64,000 bases of DNA from Moniliella sp. 'wahieum' (taxonomy: Eukaryota), in contig RSEE01000022.1 in the NCBI GenBank assembly GCA_003971905.1, forward strand, positions 310,001 to 374,000. The letters are read 5' to 3'. Below the pieces are notes generated by a model. That model was not told the origin of the DNA, did not search any database, and was given only the letters and a program-made list of their open reading frames with translations. Made by a program: the position numbers and the translations under genes. Numbering within the stretch: position 1 is the stretch's first letter; each line of letters opens with the position of its first letter. Below are positions 62,601 to 64,000 of the stretch, piece after piece.

Positions 62601-62821
62601 TTTGCCCCGGCACCTGCAGCTGCACCTGCACCCGCACCCGCACCCGCACCCGCACCCGCACCCGCGCCTGCAGCTGCAGTAAAGCCGCCCAGCCGGACGA
62701 CGCGCGTCCAGTGAAGCAGTTGACTGCAATGGGCTTCCCACGGACCAAGGTACTGGCTGCGCTGGAGGCAAGCAACTACCGTGTGGACCGCGCACTGGAA
62801 CGTTTGTTGGCCAACGCTTAA
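59632..62821 (+). CDS. EDE1: Endocytic scaffold Ede1/Eps15-like (3 EH domains, coiled coil, UBA), intron ~60704-60791; frameshifted
   Basis: EH motifs LSDIWSLADHDQNGFL, LGTIWSLAD and DLADITQTGSLSRDEFAVAMHL. Coiled coil, NPF/DPF/FDDAF motifs, C-terminal UBA VKQLTAMGFPRTKVLAALEASNYRVDRALERLL. Confidence 0.9.
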
Positions 62822-63316
62822 AGGCCCACCAAACGCTGCATGTCGCCGTTTTACGGCCGTCCTTCTTCCCCTGTGCCGTCCTGCTTGTCTGCTTGTCTTC
62901 CTTTTCCTTTCCTGGCTGTGTCTCTGGATCTTTTTTTTCTTGCTTGGGGACACGAATGCACTCTTTCTTTTGGTCTGGATGCGTATTGGTAACGAGGCTG
63001 ATCCCAAGCGCAGCTGGCCAGAGTAAAAGGCAGTCTGGCGCGCAGATTGGCGTGCGCCGGCCATGCGCCTGTCCTACACAATAGCTAGCACCGCGCGGCC
63101 GAATCATGGAATGATCAAGGTTGCCATTCAACTATCACGAGGAACTTTTAACTCTGAGCCGGTGAACGAACAGACAAGCGTCTGTGTCGCTGGCGAGATT
63201 CATACTAGGGAAAATTGACAGTGAAGGAAGTTTTGGTTGTGTCGTTCGTCATGGCCCGAAGGGCAAGGAGAGAGCGAAGGAGGGGCCAGAGGGGAGGGGA
63301 GGAAAATCGGCACTGT

Positions 63317-64000
63317 TCAAGCCCACGTGAGCGAGACGGTCTGGTTCGCCGGGAAAGTGTAGTGCACGTTGGTCACGTTGAGCAGACGACGCTGCGAGTC
63401 AAACGAGAAGGTCGCGTTGTGCTGGGCAAACGAGACCGTCTTGGGTGCGTGGGCCAGGTTGAGCAAGACAATGTTGGTAAGTGCCTGGGCGGGCTGGAAC
63501 TGGGAGCCCGGAGCGAGGCTCAAGTCGATCTGGTGCTTGTTGTTCTGGTTGTTGGACTGGACCAGGAGCGTCGAGTTGGTCGAGTAGGGCGCAGGTGTCG
63601 TTCCATCGTCCAGGTAGAACGAGGACGAGACGGAACTGTGCTGGTCGAGGTTGACGATCAGGCCGTAGGGTTGCTGAGCGGTGGCGTTGGTGGTGTACTG
63701 GGGGTGTTGGTGCGTGAGCAACGCACGGGCCGGACGGAGGTGAACGTTGATGTCGTTCAGTGCAGCCGGGACGGGAACCAGCTTGTTGGACTGGACCGAC
63801 AGAGGCTGGTAGGTAAAGATGTTGTACCACGTGCCCTGGGCATCCGGGAAGACGCCCTTGGCTTGGGTTGCGTTCGGCTCAAACACCGGCGTAACAAGCA
63901 ACGTGTCGCCCCAAAGGAATTGACGTGCATCCGACGTGTCGCGCGCAACGTCAAACACGTGCGGGAAGTCGTACCACAAAGCGCGCAAAGCCGGGGTTCC
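63317..64000 (-). CDS. Glycoside hydrolase family 31 (alpha-glucosidase-like), C-terminal part; continues beyond the window
   Basis: RALWYDFP, QFLWGDTLLVTPV, GVFP..WY, INVHLRP, FYLDDG. Confidence 0.85.
   Translation of the reverse strand, partial: GTPALRALWYDFPHVFDVARDTSDARQFLWGDTLLVTPVFEPNATQAKGVFPDAQGTWYNIFTYQPLSVQSNKLVPVPAALNDINVHLRPARALLTHQHPQYTTNATAQQPYGLIVNLDQHSSVSSSFYLDDGTTPAPYSTNSTLLVQSNNQNNKHQIDLSLAPGSQFQPAQALTNIVLLNLAHAPKTVSFAQHNATFSFDSQRRLLNVTNVHYTFPANQTVSLTWA

Noticed and set aside
62611..62680. (CCCGCA)n hexamer repeat
   Set aside because: An ordinary Pro-Ala linker repeat within EDE1.
1..64000. tRNA, rRNA or other structured RNA genes
   Set aside because: None recognised by eye. 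tRNAscan-SE or Infernal would be needed to exclude them.

Overview
This 64 kb window is GC-rich eukaryotic DNA from an intron-poor, gene-dense fungus. GT..CTAAC..AG introns and the gene set point to a basidiomycete, probably Ustilaginomycotina-like (inference). Recognisable genes are an EEF1AKMT4-like methyltransferase, a TM-anchored USP, FMC1, an alpha/beta hydrolase, a GPI-type Ser/Ala protein, GH105/88, a PalI/SUR7-like protein, SLP1, SRAP/HMCES, G-beta, GalE, FBP1, a NEDD8-type Ulp protease, TatD, KAE1, CCT7, RPL28/uL15, EDE1 and GH31. Most long genes, including essential ones, are broken by 1-bp indels, which I read as uncorrected long-read errors, so CDS limits are reconstructed by eye. 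Highlights: (1) an intronless UDP-glucose 4-epimerase of lactobacillus/Firmicutes type embedded among fungal genes (HGT candidate); (2) a 5.35 kb DNA transposon delimited by a 23-bp perfect TIR with subterminal repeats and a CMC/CACTA-like transposase; (3) a young 1.5 kb non-autonomous LTR element (TGTTG..CAACA LTRs, ACCT TSD, no canonical PBS); (4) a pervasive intergenic pattern of 7-bp periodic TCA/TGA-N4 repeats with mostly palindromic N4; (5) a possible gasdermin-like protein; (6) a decayed LAMMER-like kinase and an RLE non-LTR remnant in a gene-poor island. All family calls come from motif recognition, not from database searches.
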